Assembly (NCBI RefSeq): GCF_006345805.1 | Contig: NC_043001.1 | Span: forward strand, 52,018,001-52,082,000 | From: Octopus sinensis | Taxonomy: Eukaryota | Direction: 5' to 3' | DNA: 64,000 nt | Part shown: positions 1 through 13,211 of the stretch, one piece after another | Layout of the letters: each line of letters begins with the position of its first letter | Numbering within the stretch: the stretch's first letter is position 1 | The notes under the pieces: generated by a model | The model's input: the letters and a program-made list of their open reading frames with translations, nothing else | The model's database searches: none | Told to the model about the DNA's origin: nothing | Translations under genes and position numbers: made by a program

Positions 1-1830
1 CCATGCAAAAGAGTAATGGGGATAGGGAGTCACCTTGAAAGATGCCTCAGTTAATGTTGATGTTGTTATTTTGGTTCATCCCATTACTATGGTTTAGAAG
101 GAGACGTGTGTTCCAGTTGGCCATGCTACCTTGTAAGAATTTGGAGATGAAAAGAGAGTACTTATATATTTCAAGTCCTTAAGTATTTAATTATGTGGGA
201 AACTCCAAAAACTTTCCTGTAGTTTATCCGTGCCATACGCATGTTTTTCTTTTTGCTCCGGTAATTTTCTAGAGTAATTTTACTTATGAGTTATTGATCT
301 TTGCGGTCATAAGAATTCTTTCTACAGCCGTTTTGAGCTTGTGAAACGATAGATTTCTGTTCAAGGAAAGCGTATATTCTGTCAGTTAATATGAATGTGA
401 GGATCTTGTAGGTGGTGTTGAGACATGTATTAGTCGGTAGTTCTTTGGATTTTTTATGTCTTCAGTTTTTGAAAGAAGGTATGTTGTTCATTCAGTTAGC
501 CAGGCAGGTATCTCTCTTAGTTCTGGACGGCATCAGTTAGGGATGCAGCTAAATTTTGGTGTACTTCTGCGAGATAATTTAGCCAGAGGTTAAGAATTCG
601 GTCCAGTCCTGGAGTTTTTCATTTATGAGACTTCCCAAGCTCTTCTATTCCTATTGTCTTCCATTTCTGTTCTTTAACTTCTTCCAGTCTCACTCTAACC
701 AGTTAGTATTATAATCATTTTTGTTACTCCGTATCCTCTTCCAGGACTATTCTATTTCCTAAGTCTTAGGTGGTTCTTTTACTTCTAATCATACTTCTGC
801 CAATTTCCCTATAACATTTCTTTGCATCTGTCTTGAATATCGTTTCGTCAATAAAATTTGGTTAATTTGTCATATCTTCTAAGTTGTTGGGCTTTCAGTT
901 GTTTTCGTTGTTTCAATTGTTTCTTAGTTGCAGGGAAGTTTATAAGATCTTTGATTTTATATTTTTCTTCATTTTTCTAGCTCGTTTCGTCCTAACATTT
1001 ACTCCTTCAGCAAGTTCATCGAGAACTGATACATCCGCCCGCAGAATTTGATCTCTTTTTGCATTGCCACTTTCGACTTAGGAGGTTTATTGACATGAAT
1101 GGTCCCTTCCTCTGTTGTCCTGATACCTAATTGAGCAGTTACAAATTTAGCAGTGGAATAGATGAGGTTATCTAAAGTTTTTAGGTCATTTTCCTTATTA
1201 CTTAAGATCCGTTTAAGAGCAACGTTATATATCATGATAATGTTGTTGATTTTCATGCCGTTTGCGAACTTTGCAAGTGGTTCTCTATTGATAATGTCAG
1301 TAGACTCAGTGTTGCTGAGTTCCCTGATAATATCTTCTTTTGCTTCTATGATCTTCCCTTTAGTATTCACCTCAAATTCCGTGTCATCCCTTTACCGGTG
1401 TTCTTGAGGTAGGCCTACATTCTCCTCTTTTTCTGCATATCTGTTCTTTGTTATTTTTTCTGCAGCTTCCTCTTTGAGATGTACTGCTCGTACACTGGTT
1501 TCTGTACATCTGTTACATATTCCACGCTGCATTGTTGCTGTTTTCATTTGGTCTACCATGAGATATTTGTGTCCAAATTTTGCTAATTTCAGCGTCAGTT
1601 AACCTTTTTGTTCTTAATGATGCCTCTACATACATTACTTATTTCATTTGCATCTATATATCTGTGTACTTCATTGCCCACTAAGTTTCTCCATGAAATG
1701 TAAGTTTGTACTATGAGGTTATTGTTTGGATTTAGTTGGGCTGTATAGAAAGATTTCAACACATCTCTATAATCCTCTGTAGTCCATTTTATGCGTTTTG
1801 TTTTAGGTGATGCTTTTGGTGGCATCACTA
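1..1830 (-). mobile_element. R4/Dong-like (RLE) non-LTR retrotransposon copy A: N-terminus to RT domain 4, degenerate, continues past the window start
   Basis: Minus-strand peptides: RIKWTTEDYRDVLKSFY (R4-type N-terminus, ORF 1595..1828); IPAWLTE*TTYLLSKTEDIKNPKNYR (RT1, ~430-520); WINYRKVF (RT3, ~205-230); GIFQGDSLSPLLFCM (RT4, 1-50). Many stops and frameshifts. Confidence 0.8.
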
Positions 1831-1879
1831 CAGGCCAGGCCTAGAGTTAAGGCTATCTTGGTTCTGGTTAGCTAATAGA

Positions 1880-4812
1880 TAATTTTCTAGAGAGTTTGTT
1901 TCAGCAGCAGACTTTTCGAACCCATACGGAATTTTTTGAGACATGGTTCTCCTGGGATATTGTCTAGATGTTTCTGACATTCTATTTTTTATCATACCTC
2001 AACAGAAACAATTTTTGCTTTAAGATGTCACATCTTTTGTATTTCAATTTCCAGCTAATAATATTACTAAGCTTGTCGAATTCCTTTGCAGATATATTTT
2101 TATCAGTGGTGACTTCTTGTATTTAATAATTACGTCTGATCGATTAGCCTAGATTGTTCTGTTAGAGGCGACTGAACAAAACCCAGAGAATGGGGTCATT
2201 TTCACCTCCAACCTCTGGCTCAAAATGGCGTTCATACCAGTTAGTAGGAGTCCCCATTTTGTAGTGCTTACATACTTCCCAATATAAATACTACCCTACC
2301 CCATCGTGGCGATTTTTGTATTCGGTTGGTGTTAGTACAGGACAGCTCGATACGAGACACTTTATTGTTTCCTCAAATGTGTTGCAGAATCTGCATTTTG
2401 GGTCGTCACTATTTCGCAGAACATTAACCTAGCAATTTCTAGTTAACAAGCTTTGATCTTGTGCCACCAGTATGAAGCTTTAGTCTTTACTTTTAATCCT
2501 GAACTCCTCAGCCACTAACGAGTTGTTGATTGGTTTACATCAGCATTTTGACTTCGAAGTATATATTGTCAATGCTCGGACTTCTGATTCCACTGTTCCT
2601 TATTTGCATATGCTCGTTCTTTGCAGTCTGCTTGATTGTTTTACTTGCTTGGTAGCAGTAGTTTCAGATTCTTCACCTCACTCAGAGTTAACGCCAAGTT
2701 CCCGTGCGAATTTACAAGCTTTCTTGACAATAGAATGCGACTCTTTGCTGCTTTTATGTTCGAAAACAAGCCACAACATTCAGTATTTGTACCACATAAA
2801 TATTTGTTCATTCCTTTAGTGGAAGCTTTATTGCAGAGTTCTAGTGGCATCATTCCTCCTGCCCAACTGCTTCAAGATATTTACAGACGGTCAATGCCTG
2901 CTTTGTAGTGGTGCAAGTCCTCAAATAGTGCTGTCAGATGACCTTCCTGTCCATGTGTTGTATTTCCGTAGGGTTCCATTTAATGATATTAAGACAAGTA
3001 CCGGACTACTGGAAGTGCCAGGGTGTTAATAGATTCGATGCAATTTTTAGAATTAAGTTCAATTTTCAGTACAAGCGTTATTCTACTATGACACTCACTT
3101 GAGATTTATTCCTTCATAGTGGCATAACTTATGTTATTGGTCAGCAGTTACTTGCTATATTTCATTCTTTTGATCTTTCAATATCACCACTGTCCTACCT
3201 TACGTAATCCATCGAGGAACATCACCTGTCTCAATACCACTATTTAGCTATGTGCTCATTCTACCTTGAAGCGCAGTGAAACGTTTTAGCTAAATCCTTG
3301 GACCAAATCTGGTCCAGGAGATTTCGAGTTTAGCATCTCTTTCAAGACATTTCTAAAACTTTTCAATTGTGATCTATATGCTTCTCTGTTTTGGCAGGTC
3401 TGAGTTATTTTTCCTTTATCATTTTCTAAAACCCTTCTACATAACCATTTTACTTCACTTAGTGGCTCCAAATGTTCCTTCAGAATTTCTTTGTCTCTTC
3501 CTTGTTAGATTGTACGTTCACTGTTAATTATCCATCTAGTTCCTTGTAAAATCTACTTTGTCTAAACAGTTCAATTCTGTTTTGTATCTATTGACCTTGA
3601 CAGCTTTCACTTTTATCCTTCATTTTAATTCTTCCAATACGTTCCTATATCGTTTTTGCTTCAGCCAGTACATTCTTTGGATTGCTTCATATAATCTAGA
3701 TTTTATATTATTCCCGTTACTACGAATCTCTACGCTCTCAAGATCTTTTCGCCACTGGTTTACTTCTCCATGCAAATGCCTTTCCCACCAAAGTTCTCTC
3801 TCTTTCTTTCAGTGTTGTATTATCTCCACTCTAAGCCTTTCCCTTATTACCACTGCTGCAGTGGCAGTATATATTAAATTGTTGGCCATCGTGATATCAT
3901 TTCTTCTGATCTCGTCCAAAACTTGGTTAACTATCTAATTCTCTTTAACTACTCTGTTCTTCTTTATCTATTTTTCTAATGATAGTAACACTTGTCTTTC
4001 ATCTGACTGGGAAATATCATGTGGTCTACTAGCAATAACCAGATTTTTATCAGAAAAGGGATTTTCTGGTTTCTCCAACACAGTCAGGGGGTCTCATGAT
4101 ACGTGGTATTTGAACCTCCTTGTCTCTACTTTCAGTATCATTGACATCTATCTGTCTTACATTGCTATTTCCCGTCTGGTAGATTCTGCGTTAAATTTCT
4201 TTGATTCATACTTCTGTAAGTCAGAGGTATATATTTCATTTTCATATGTCTTGCTCAGTGGATTAGTCTCTGTTGGGTGACATTAAAATTCTCTTTTCAA
4301 TCTATATATCTCTCATTCTCTTCATACAGCCAAATCTGCTTGGTTCACAACGGATGTAACATTCCATCACAGTTGCATTCAATCTGTTCCAGCCCATCTT
4401 TCCTGCTTTCTTTCGTACCGCAGTAGCTAGATAACGATCGGGCCGGGCCTACTCCGCTGTACAGTACGCCACCTGCCAAGAGAGAGATTTTCACCATTAT
4501 AATTTCCGATCTCATTCACGACGTTGTTTAATACGTTTGTACTTGAAATTTTCCCTCAATGAGGGTTGTGGTGATGTGGTGACACCGCCGACTGTGTTTT
4601 TATTGAGATACTATCTCTAGATGGGATGCCGATCAAGGCTAAAGAGGCACCCAGCCCTTGAGACAGACTTTACCCAGCCAGATGCCAACCTGGTATTTCA
4701 AGGTCTCCGGGTTGGCTTACCGGTACTATATCTTGCCCAAGAGTGACCTGAATGTAGTTTGGATTAAAGGTAACTTCATTATTCCCACACCAAGACTTCA
4801 CAACCAGATGCA
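1880..4812 (-). mobile_element. R4/Dong-like non-LTR retrotransposon copy B: 5' leader, N-terminus, internally deleted RT, zinc knuckle and RLE; degenerate
   Basis: Minus strand: KKAGKMGWNRLNATVMECY (~4350-4410), KSPGPDLVQGF (3290-3320), RT1-like region (~3140-3250), then a jump to LNSKNCIESINTLALPVV (~3005-3060). DPKCRFC knuckle at ~2380-2405 and RLE ending LDNIPGEP at ~1945-1970. The 5' leader abuts (TAA)n at 4818. Confidence 0.8.
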
Positions 4813-4815
4813 TTA

Positions 4816-4817
<2 letters not shown>

Positions 4818-4886
<69 letters not shown>
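4818..4886. repeat. (ATT)n microsatellite at the 5' junction of R4-like copy B
   Basis: Pure ATT run. Confidence 0.95.
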
Positions 4887-4889
<3 letters not shown>

Positions 4890-6269
4890 GTTCATAAAAT
4901 GTATTTCCTTAATTCTAATGAATCAATTATAACAACAGAATAAAAAAAATATACTATGATATCTATGTTTGTATGTATCTATGAATAAATGTATATATGT
5001 CTGTATGTATGTATCTATGTATATAAGTATGTATGGTTATCTCTATGTATGCATATATAGGCATATATACACACATATATATATAGACCTATACATTTAT
5101 ACAAGTATATATTTGCAGACATATATTTACATGTATATATTTACGAGTGCATGTATCAGTATATGTGCATATACGTGTTTACATGCGTGTGTGTAGTATA
5201 TGTGTGTGTATACGGCCGTTGTATTAGTTTCAACTTCTTACTGACTTTGGACGCCATATGACTTCCTTCGCAGAAACCTGAAATTGGGGAGAAAAAAGGG
5301 CTGTAGGCTAATTTTTTAAACTTAATAATGTGTACATCTTCTATTGCACGGTATTTCTCATTACATGAAGATAAATTTTTCTCGGTGTATACTTTAATAA
5401 GGAAAATCTAAATATGCCCTTTAGAGAATTGTTCACATATATAATAACCCAAAGAAAGAAAATGTCGAAACTTTGAGACAAGGTATATGTTCACTTATAT
5501 ATTTATATAGACACATTTATAAACATATGAAAGAAACATAGGAAAGCTTACATTTATTCAACAGTCATTATATAATGTGTAAAGAGTTACACAGAAGAAG
5601 CAACATAAAATGTAATAAAATATAAATTAAAAGAAAATAAACAGAATAAAGCAATAATGTCAGAAATACTTAACGAATCGAACATTAGGGAATATTTTTG
5701 TTATAAACTAGGATATTAAATGAAAAAAAACACAATAAAACGCTCTTTTAGCTTGGCCTTCGGCAATAACATGAACAACTCTCCAGAAAAATAAATTTAG
5801 ATTTAAATATTTCCTTTACAAACTAGATATTTCCAATTTCCGAGATAAGATTGGGATCTGAATTCGTTGGTAAACTCATACTTATAAGTGAAAAACAAAT
5901 TCATGGCTGATTCTTTTATTTGGTCTTTCCTTTTTCTTAGAATCGCAATCAAAACCCAAACATATATGAAACGAGCATGTGAAAATCTATATAGCCTTAA
6001 TAAATACAGTTGCTGTACAATATTACAAGCTACTAATGATTGGTAATTTTTTGTAGTACTTTAATATAGATATACGCATGTATGTATATAGATACATACG
6101 GACATGTATACACACATACATGTGTGTGTGCTTGTGTGCGTGTCTGCATGTGTGTAAGTTTTGGCAATTCGAGTTTTTTAAATTTATTTACGAGTTATTT
6201 CCAATGTTGTTATTAAATCATACTTGAGTCGGGGATTAGCTGACTCTTAAGATTGTTGTAGACTATGGA

Positions 6270-6400
6270 TGATGCTATTTATTTCGGTCTTTACATTCTG
6301 GATTCAAATCTCATCAAATGTGACTTTATGTTTCACTACGCCGAGGGAGATATTATGAGTTGTTATCAAACACTGGTTTCGAAGTAACCAGTGTTTGATA
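6270..6400 (+). mobile_element. Degenerate fragment of the tRNA-derived SINE family seen at 8293
   Basis: tttcggtctttacattctggattcaaatc resembles the B-box region of the 8293 copy. Confidence 0.45.
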
Positions 6401-6777
6401 CACTAATAAATACAGATAACCTTAACAAGTGATGTAAAGCGCACTGCTGACACAGTAGGACATGATACCGACTTGTAAAAACGTTTAATATTCTTTATAG
6501 TACATTATGGTTACATAACGAAATATCGCGTCCTTAAAAAGCAGAAATAGCTGAAGTTTGGTGATGGTAGATGAGGTGAAAGATAAAAAAGAGCGAAACG
6601 GAAATTTAAGCTGCAGAATAGTCCCAGCAAAAACATTAATTGTAGAAGCAGTTTAGAATATTTAAAAAGGTAGAAACATACTAACTTTAACAATTAAATT
6701 TATAAAAATATAAATGTGATATTTCGATTAAAGACATATAAGGGAAATATTGATTTCAAATTTTGCATGTCGGATAG

Positions 6778-7016
6778 GTTCACCGTCATCAATTAACCGC
6801 AAAGAAAGGTCACCTTCATCAGTTTACCGCAGGGAAAGTTCACCGTCATCAATTCAGTGGTTTTTTACTTTGTCTTTTTAGTATTGTTTTTTTGTTAGGT
6901 TTTTTATTTTCAATAAAATAGATTTTAACAATTAATGGTGAGATAATATGGATGTATTTTCTCGGTAAACTTTCCTCACAGTGAACTTTCTTTACAGTGA
7001 ATTGATGATGGTGAAC
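6778..7016. mobile_element. MITE-like element with imperfect ~36 bp terminal inverted repeats and ~31 bp subterminal tandem units
   Basis: gttcaccgtcatcaattaaccgcaaagaaaggtcac (6778-6813) versus the reverse complement of gtgaactttctttacagtgaattgatgatggtgaac (6981-7016). The ttcacc(g/t)tcatca motif occurs three times on the left. Confidence 0.55.
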
Positions 7017-7634
7017 TTTGCTAGCACAGTAGGATGCAGTATTGTTTTATATACATATAAAAAAAACATTTAATATAATTTATAGAATATTATGGCTGCG
7101 TAACGAAATACCGCATCCCTGCAGGTTATTAATATTTATGTACCAGCTTCCAGGAATGTATCTAATATGTAAAATTGGTATATCCAATAACGTTACACCG
7201 CTGTATTTAGTGGCTATTTAAGCAACGTGTTCATGGACAATTAACGGGTTAGGTGGGCGCAGATGAACGGGTGGGAAAAATCTTCAGAAATATGGCATAT
7301 ACACCCATTAACGTTTTCCTTTTTAATTTTCGACCTCATTGTTTGTTTACATCTGACGTCTTGGATACGAAACGTCGTATGAAAAATCAGTGCTGGCTAT
7401 AATTTCTATAGAATATCTGTAGAGATACCCTTAACGAATCAATTATTTCTGTTGAAAATTGGTTCTTATACTACATTAATTTGCCGACAGTAAGGAGGTG
7501 GATGTAAGAAAAAAAAAAGTGAATAATACAGAAATAGAAATTAAAACCAAGGATTGTTACTAACAATTGTACATCTTAAGTCCAATCCAAAGTACCCTCT
7601 TCTCGAACAAAATTATTTGGACTTCAGATCTATT

Positions 7635-8185
7635 GAGTGAGAGAGCAGTGCATGTCATCAAAGTGACACTGGGGTACAAGTATACGAAGCCCAGTATATC
7701 CATCATGACTACCCATCTGATAAGGATACACCAGGCACATGCATCACAACCATATGTGCGCGACATGGTGATCTCATATCAATATAAACAGTGCATAACC
7801 TTGCAGGTGGGACTCAAGTCGAGTAACCCATACCATTTTCAAGTCGTGTAACCCATCCCGCTCAAGAGGCCTGTGAATAAGGGTTGTTTAAGGATGTCGA
7901 AAGAAATACCCATGTTTCCAGAGGTGACTTCTTCAAATCCCAAATACCTCTCAACACATGGCTATGATGCTACCACGCTACTTCTGCTAATAATCAGAGA
8001 TGCACATATCGTCATCTACAAAGGGACATGATCAACGGGTTATGGTCAAACAACTGGCAAGCAAAACTGTGGTATTGAGCAGAATATTTGCTGTATACCA
8101 AGACAAAACAATGTACATGATAACACTTCCAGTCAGTTAAGATCAGAGGCCATGACAGCCACTGCCTGTTACTGCATCTGGGCAT
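7635..8185. mobile_element. ~550 bp non-coding dispersed repeat (SINE-like or non-autonomous), copy 1
   Basis: Collinear end to end with 41819-42369 (gagtgagagagcagtgcatg ... ccactgcctg(g/t)tactgcatc). Followed by (ATT)n. Confidence 0.85.
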
Positions 8186-8186
8186 A

Positions 8187-8224
8187 TATTATTATTATCA
8201 TCATCATCATCATTATTATTATTA

Positions 8225-8291
<67 letters not shown>
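8187..8291. repeat. (ATT)n/(ATC)n microsatellite
   Basis: Direct reading. Confidence 0.95.
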
Positions 8292-8292
<1 letters not shown>

Positions 8293-8293
<1 letters not shown>

Positions 8294-8500
8294 GGCGGCG
8301 AACTGGCAGAATCGTTTGCACGTCGGGCAAAATGCTTAGCTGCATTTCGTTCGTCTTTACATTCTGAGTTCAAATTCCAACGAGGTCGACTTTGCGGTTC
8401 GTCTTTCCAGATCGATAAAGTAAGTACCAGTTGAGTACTGGAGTCGATGTAATCGATTATTCCCCTCTTCCCCAAATTTCAGGCCTTGTAGAAAGGATCA
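8293..8500 (+). mobile_element. tRNA-derived SINE (ggcggcga(a/g)ctggcagaatcgtt family)
   Basis: A-box-like TGGCAGAATCG and B-box-like GAGTTCAAATTCC. (ATT)n on both sides. Related copies occur elsewhere in the window. Confidence 0.8.
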
Positions 8501-9139
8501 TTATTATTATTATTATTATGAATCATTTGTGGCGCTTCTTTGCCTCCAGGATCTTATAAAAGTGACACTTAATTCTGAAAAAAAGTAATTTTATGGTAAC
8601 GAAATTCTTAATCTTTAATTTTTGAACTCATTTTAAAAACTTATGATTAGCAAAAAGGTCAGCTTATCTGCCCCAGACGTAGAGGTATGGATAAACTTCC
8701 CGGCTTATTAATGTCTTTGGTGGGATTAAACGAAATGAGTTTGCATAGCTGCTATCAGTTCCTATTGTCTTCAATATCTTTTAAAAACTATTTTCGTTTT
8801 TGCTTCTATTCAGATTATATTCCCACACAGAATATCCATAGAAAATTTCAGCTGTCTGAAGTCCTGAAGAGAAACCTTTCTAAAGAATAAATAAGTGAAA
8901 AAATAAATTCTACTCTATTGGCAAAGACACATTACTTTACAGAAATTTTCTTTGTTTCGCAAAAGAAAAAAAAAACTTTGAAGCTAGTGATGAATATGTA
9001 TCTGGAGTCCCGAGAACTGGCCGCACCCCCAAGCATATCTGCAAAAATGGGTGTTATGAATAAATTCAAAATGTTAAATATCGTGGATCACCACATGCTA
9101 AAGATATGGAAAGTGAAGCGTCATCATAGCTCTAGATCC

Positions 9140-11163
9140 AGCCATATGGTTTTCTATCAGAATTAAAATATTCCCACACACAACATCCACATCCAACAAC
9201 AATGAAAAGACTAGAGCTGGAAAAACTTCATCTGCAGACCAAAATGAAAACCTCCATTGAAAATCAAAGAGCTGTGGAGGAACAGTGGGTAATCAAAAAC
9301 ATCAAACAGAACCCAAAAGTGTTCTATTCTTATGCAAAAAATCATAGAACCACTGTCTCACCCATTGGGCCATTGATTGATGATAACGGCATTCCCCAAC
9401 ACGATGCTAAAGAAATGGCAGAAATACTGCAGAAACAATACTGCTCCGTCTTTAGTGTTCCCACTGATATTGACGTAAGAGAAACGAACGAAGTTGACTC
9501 CCAACATAAAATCTCAGACATAACCTTCACTGCCACTGACATCGTAGCAGCAATAAATGAGGTCAAATACTACTCTGCTGTAGGCCCTGATAGATTCCCC
9601 GCTAGTCTCCTGAAGGAATGTAGACACCAACTTGCAGTTTCTATCCCAGTCGGTCATCCCGGTTTTCAAACAGGGAAACAGATCCCTCGCAGTCAACTAT
9701 CGCCCAATCTCACTCACCTCCCACATCATTAAAGTGTTTGAAAGAGTGTTAAGATCAAGGATAGCTGACTTCCTGGAGACCCACAAACTCCTAAATGCAA
9801 ATCAACATGGCTTTCACTGTGGCAGGGACTGTCTAACACAGCTCTTACACCACATTGAAGATGTACTCAAAGTCTTGGGAACAGGTTCGAACTCTGACGT
9901 CATATATCTTGACTTCAGTAAAGCGTTCGACAGGGTAGACCATAATATCCTACTCTCAAAATTGGCAAATGTTGGAATCCGTGGAAAAGTTCTACACTGG
10001 ATTAAGTATTTCCTGGCGAATAGAACACAACATGTTGTAGCTGATGGAGTCCACTCAAGCCCAGCAAAAGTCACCAGCGGTGTTCCCCAGGGGACTGTTA
10101 CTCTTGGATCCGCTACTCTTCATAATTTACATAAACGACCTTTCCAGTGTCGTACATTACTGCAAAGTGAAAATATTTGCTGATGACACTAAGCTCCAGC
10201 AAATCGTCAATGAAGAAGCAGACCGAACTCAACTCCAGTCTGATCTATATGCTGTGAGTCAATGGGCAGACAGAAACAAAATGCAACTGAATGAGGGAAA
10301 ATTTGAGCTGATGCATTTTGGAAGAAATTCTTCACTAAAACAACCATACTCTCTTCCTTCAGGGGAACCGCTCACAGCCTCTAACAATATCAGAGACCTG
10401 GGTGTAATTGTTGATGACGATCTCAGTTGGAGTGCACACATCAACAAGAAGGTCAATATAGCTCGTAGGATGAGTTCCTGGATCTTAAGAACTTTCCGGT
10501 CCAGAGAAGAAGGTGTCATCATACCACTTTTCTCCTCCTTTGTACGGCCACACCTTGAATACTGCTGCCCACTGTGGTCTCCCCATACAAGACAAAACAT
10601 CTCCAGGATTGAGTCACTCTAGAGGGCACTCACTAAACGAATTGAAGGCATGGCTGCTCTCGATTATTGGGATCGCCTTAAAGCCTTGAAACTTTACTCC
10701 CTCGAGCGTCGCCGTGAGCGGTACATCATTTGTACGATGTGGAGAATATACCGCCAACTTTGCCCAAAGGACCATAACATTAGCTTCAAGGTTCATCCAA
10801 GACTGGGACCACGGGCCATACGTCTCCTGCCCAATTCAAGATCACAACATACATGTACACTGCAACATAATTTCTTTTCCTCAACAGGCCCTGCCCTATT
10901 TAACATTGTCCCGAGGGAGATCAAAGAGGAAAAGGATCCCATCAACTTTAAACGGAGTCTGGATAGATTCCTTCAAAGAATACCAGATAAGCCACCCATA
11001 ATTGGATACAACTCACCCAACAAGAACTCACTACTTGAACAAAACTTGACTTAAACAAAACTTGACTTAAACAGGATTCGAATAATCCTATCAGGTGGTG
11101 CTATTAAGTTAGACCTGGCCTGGATCAATCTTTGGTCGAAACATATCTAAGTTATCTAAGTTA
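9140..11163 (+). mobile_element. CR1-clade LINE, 5'-truncated, with RT domain and 3' terminus; about two frameshifts
   Basis: ORFs 9202..9732, 9632..10183, 10044..10622 and 10650..11054 join into an RT: NYRPISLTS, QHGF, YLDFSKAFDRVDH, SGVPQG, FADDTKL, RDLGV, RPHLEYCCPLWSP. Ends in a (TATCTAAGT)2 terminal repeat at 11144-11163. No APE domain. Confidence 0.9.
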
Positions 11164-11225
11164 TGTCTATGTTCTTTTGGTTAAGATCAGAAACTCAACG
11201 CTATTATCACTCAAGTGAAGGCAAA

Positions 11226-13157
11226 CAGGATGGATACTGTCGTTATTTTAATAATAAAATATTTTAAACTATTCACAACAATTATGTGGCCCCTACGTAG
11301 CCCATCAAAAGGTGCATTTTGCTGATTTTATTGTACTTGATGTCAAGTCAGATTGACAGGTTTTCCAACAGGTATAGCGTAAATGACCGGGGAAAACAAT
11401 CAGGGGGGGAAAAATGAAAATATCAATAAAGCCAAGAGCGCAGATCCTCCGTGTTGATGTTCAGTTTTTTTGTTAGGAATCTAATGTTGATAATGAGATG
11501 GAGAAACAAGAGTAAGGTAAACAAGCAATACTGGGCTCAAGTATTGCGCCGTACTGTACATGTGACAATATTTCTGGCCGTGAGTGGCATGACATCTAGA
11601 GGTAGTGAAGTGATCTAAGAACAATTTAGAAATTATGAAACTTATTACACAATTTGATCCATTTCTCATGGATTATCTGAGAACATCTGGATAGTGTAAA
11701 TAGTCATATATCTTTCATGTACGAAGAAAATTGTTCTGTTGATGGCAAACTTTGTTACGAATCATATTGTAGCAGAACTTAAAACGGCCAATTATTTCCC
11801 CATTTTTGTAGATTCAATACTTGCTTGAGCCATGTTGATTAGCTAACAGTTCTTGCGCATATAGGAAGCCGATAAAAAGATTTTAAACTTGCCTGAAAAT
11901 TGTTTCTCCCAAAGCCACTGGTTACATATCCGTTAGAATTTCTGCGAAAAAGACAGTATAATTTTGAAAACTGCGGGGCGCATTCATATGACCACGCCAA
12001 TAACGTGTCCGACCACTACATACGAATGTGATCCAGGAAAAGAACCCATCTGCAATTTTCGTTCTTTGTGCTGCTCATTCGTTGATTCTTGTTGGAGAAG
12101 CTTCTGCTTCCTAGTGTGTTGAAGTTGTTATCTATTTTGGCTTCACAGAAAGGATATACACTTTTTCTTCTTGTATTGACACATAGACGGGCAAATTTAA
12201 TGAAATCTTTGGGACAAAATAAAAGAGTACTAATTTTGAAGTCCTTATCAGACACTCGTTGGTCAGCAAAAGCTGATGTTACCGAAGTCCTCGTTGATGG
12301 ATATAACTGCGTTTAAGTGGCACTCAAGTCCACAATACAACAAGGGGTTGTCCAAGGAAGAGAAACAGACTTTATGGAAATCCAACATCAGCATTAGAGA
12401 AAGTTAACTTTGCTGCAAGAAAAATATTCAAGAGCAGGATGTTCAATGTAATTTTGGATCAGTTGCTGTTGACTTACATTAACAAAATCAATGCATAACA
12501 AATTCTATGCTATAGTTAACTTAAGTAGTTTACCAGAGATAAGAACTGAAGCTGGGAAACAGATAACCATTTGACCTGTCATTTTAGTAATTGTCCAGTG
12601 TGCAGCCTTTTGTAATTTCAGATCATGTGTTACTCCATCTCTAAAGGCAACTTTTGATCCATGGCGAAAAGCTAGCTCATACTTTTCCAACGTTGATGTA
12701 GCTCTTAGATTATACTTGGGCGTGATAGTCACTAACTGTTCAGAAGAGATTTCATTCAGTAAATTGAAAACGAGAAAATTATCTGAGAGCCATGATGAGC
12801 TGTGAATGACTAATTGCACCTTTGGATGTACAGAGTAGTGCTCTAAAGATGATTAAATTTGAAGAATTTATAAAATATTTTTTTAGGTGTGTGATATAAA
12901 AAAGAAGATTTTTGTGGGTATAGTAATTATATATAGCTTTAAGTTAGTGAAATTTGCTGTACTTAGTTAAGATGATAAAAGCTTGCATTGAAAGACGCAT
13001 CAAAACTTTCTATTTCTTAACTTGTCAATTTCAATTATATTTAATTCACTGGTTTTAAGATATGAATTTGCTGAACTGTCATTGATTTTTTATTTTTCTG
13101 TATCAAGGGACCACTGAACATAAAGTGCCCCAGGCCTGCAAAGGTTTAGATCCGATC

Positions 13158-13160
<3 letters not shown>
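11226..13160 (+). mobile_element. hAT DNA transposon remnant (Tip100-like), heavily degenerate
   Basis: Plus-strand peptides IVAELKTANYF..VDS, IQEKNPSAIFVLCAAHSLILVG, LKSLSDTRWSA and FPNVDVALRLYL..VTNCSEEISFSKLK (hAT dimerisation domain). Right end ...gatccgatcctg is TIR-like; the left boundary is uncertain. Confidence 0.75.

Positions 13161-13208
<48 letters not shown>
13161..13208. repeat. (CA)n microsatellite
   Basis: Direct reading. Confidence 0.95.

Positions 13209-13211
<3 letters not shown>

Noticed and set aside
4640-4725. HDV-like ribozyme call
   Set aside because: Crossing stems exist but P3/L3 and J4/2 consensus are absent; kept only as a structured-leader finding.
5213-5423. Kolobok-type terminus (atatgcccttta)
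   Set aside because: Single end, no partner or target site found.
6778-6860. CRISPR-like repeats
   Set aside because: Eukaryotic context, three degenerate units, no unique spacers; these are subterminal repeats of a MITE.
7345-7385. Hammerhead-like ctgacg...gaaacgtc
   Set aside because: A9 is missing and stems I and II pair poorly; at best a remnant.
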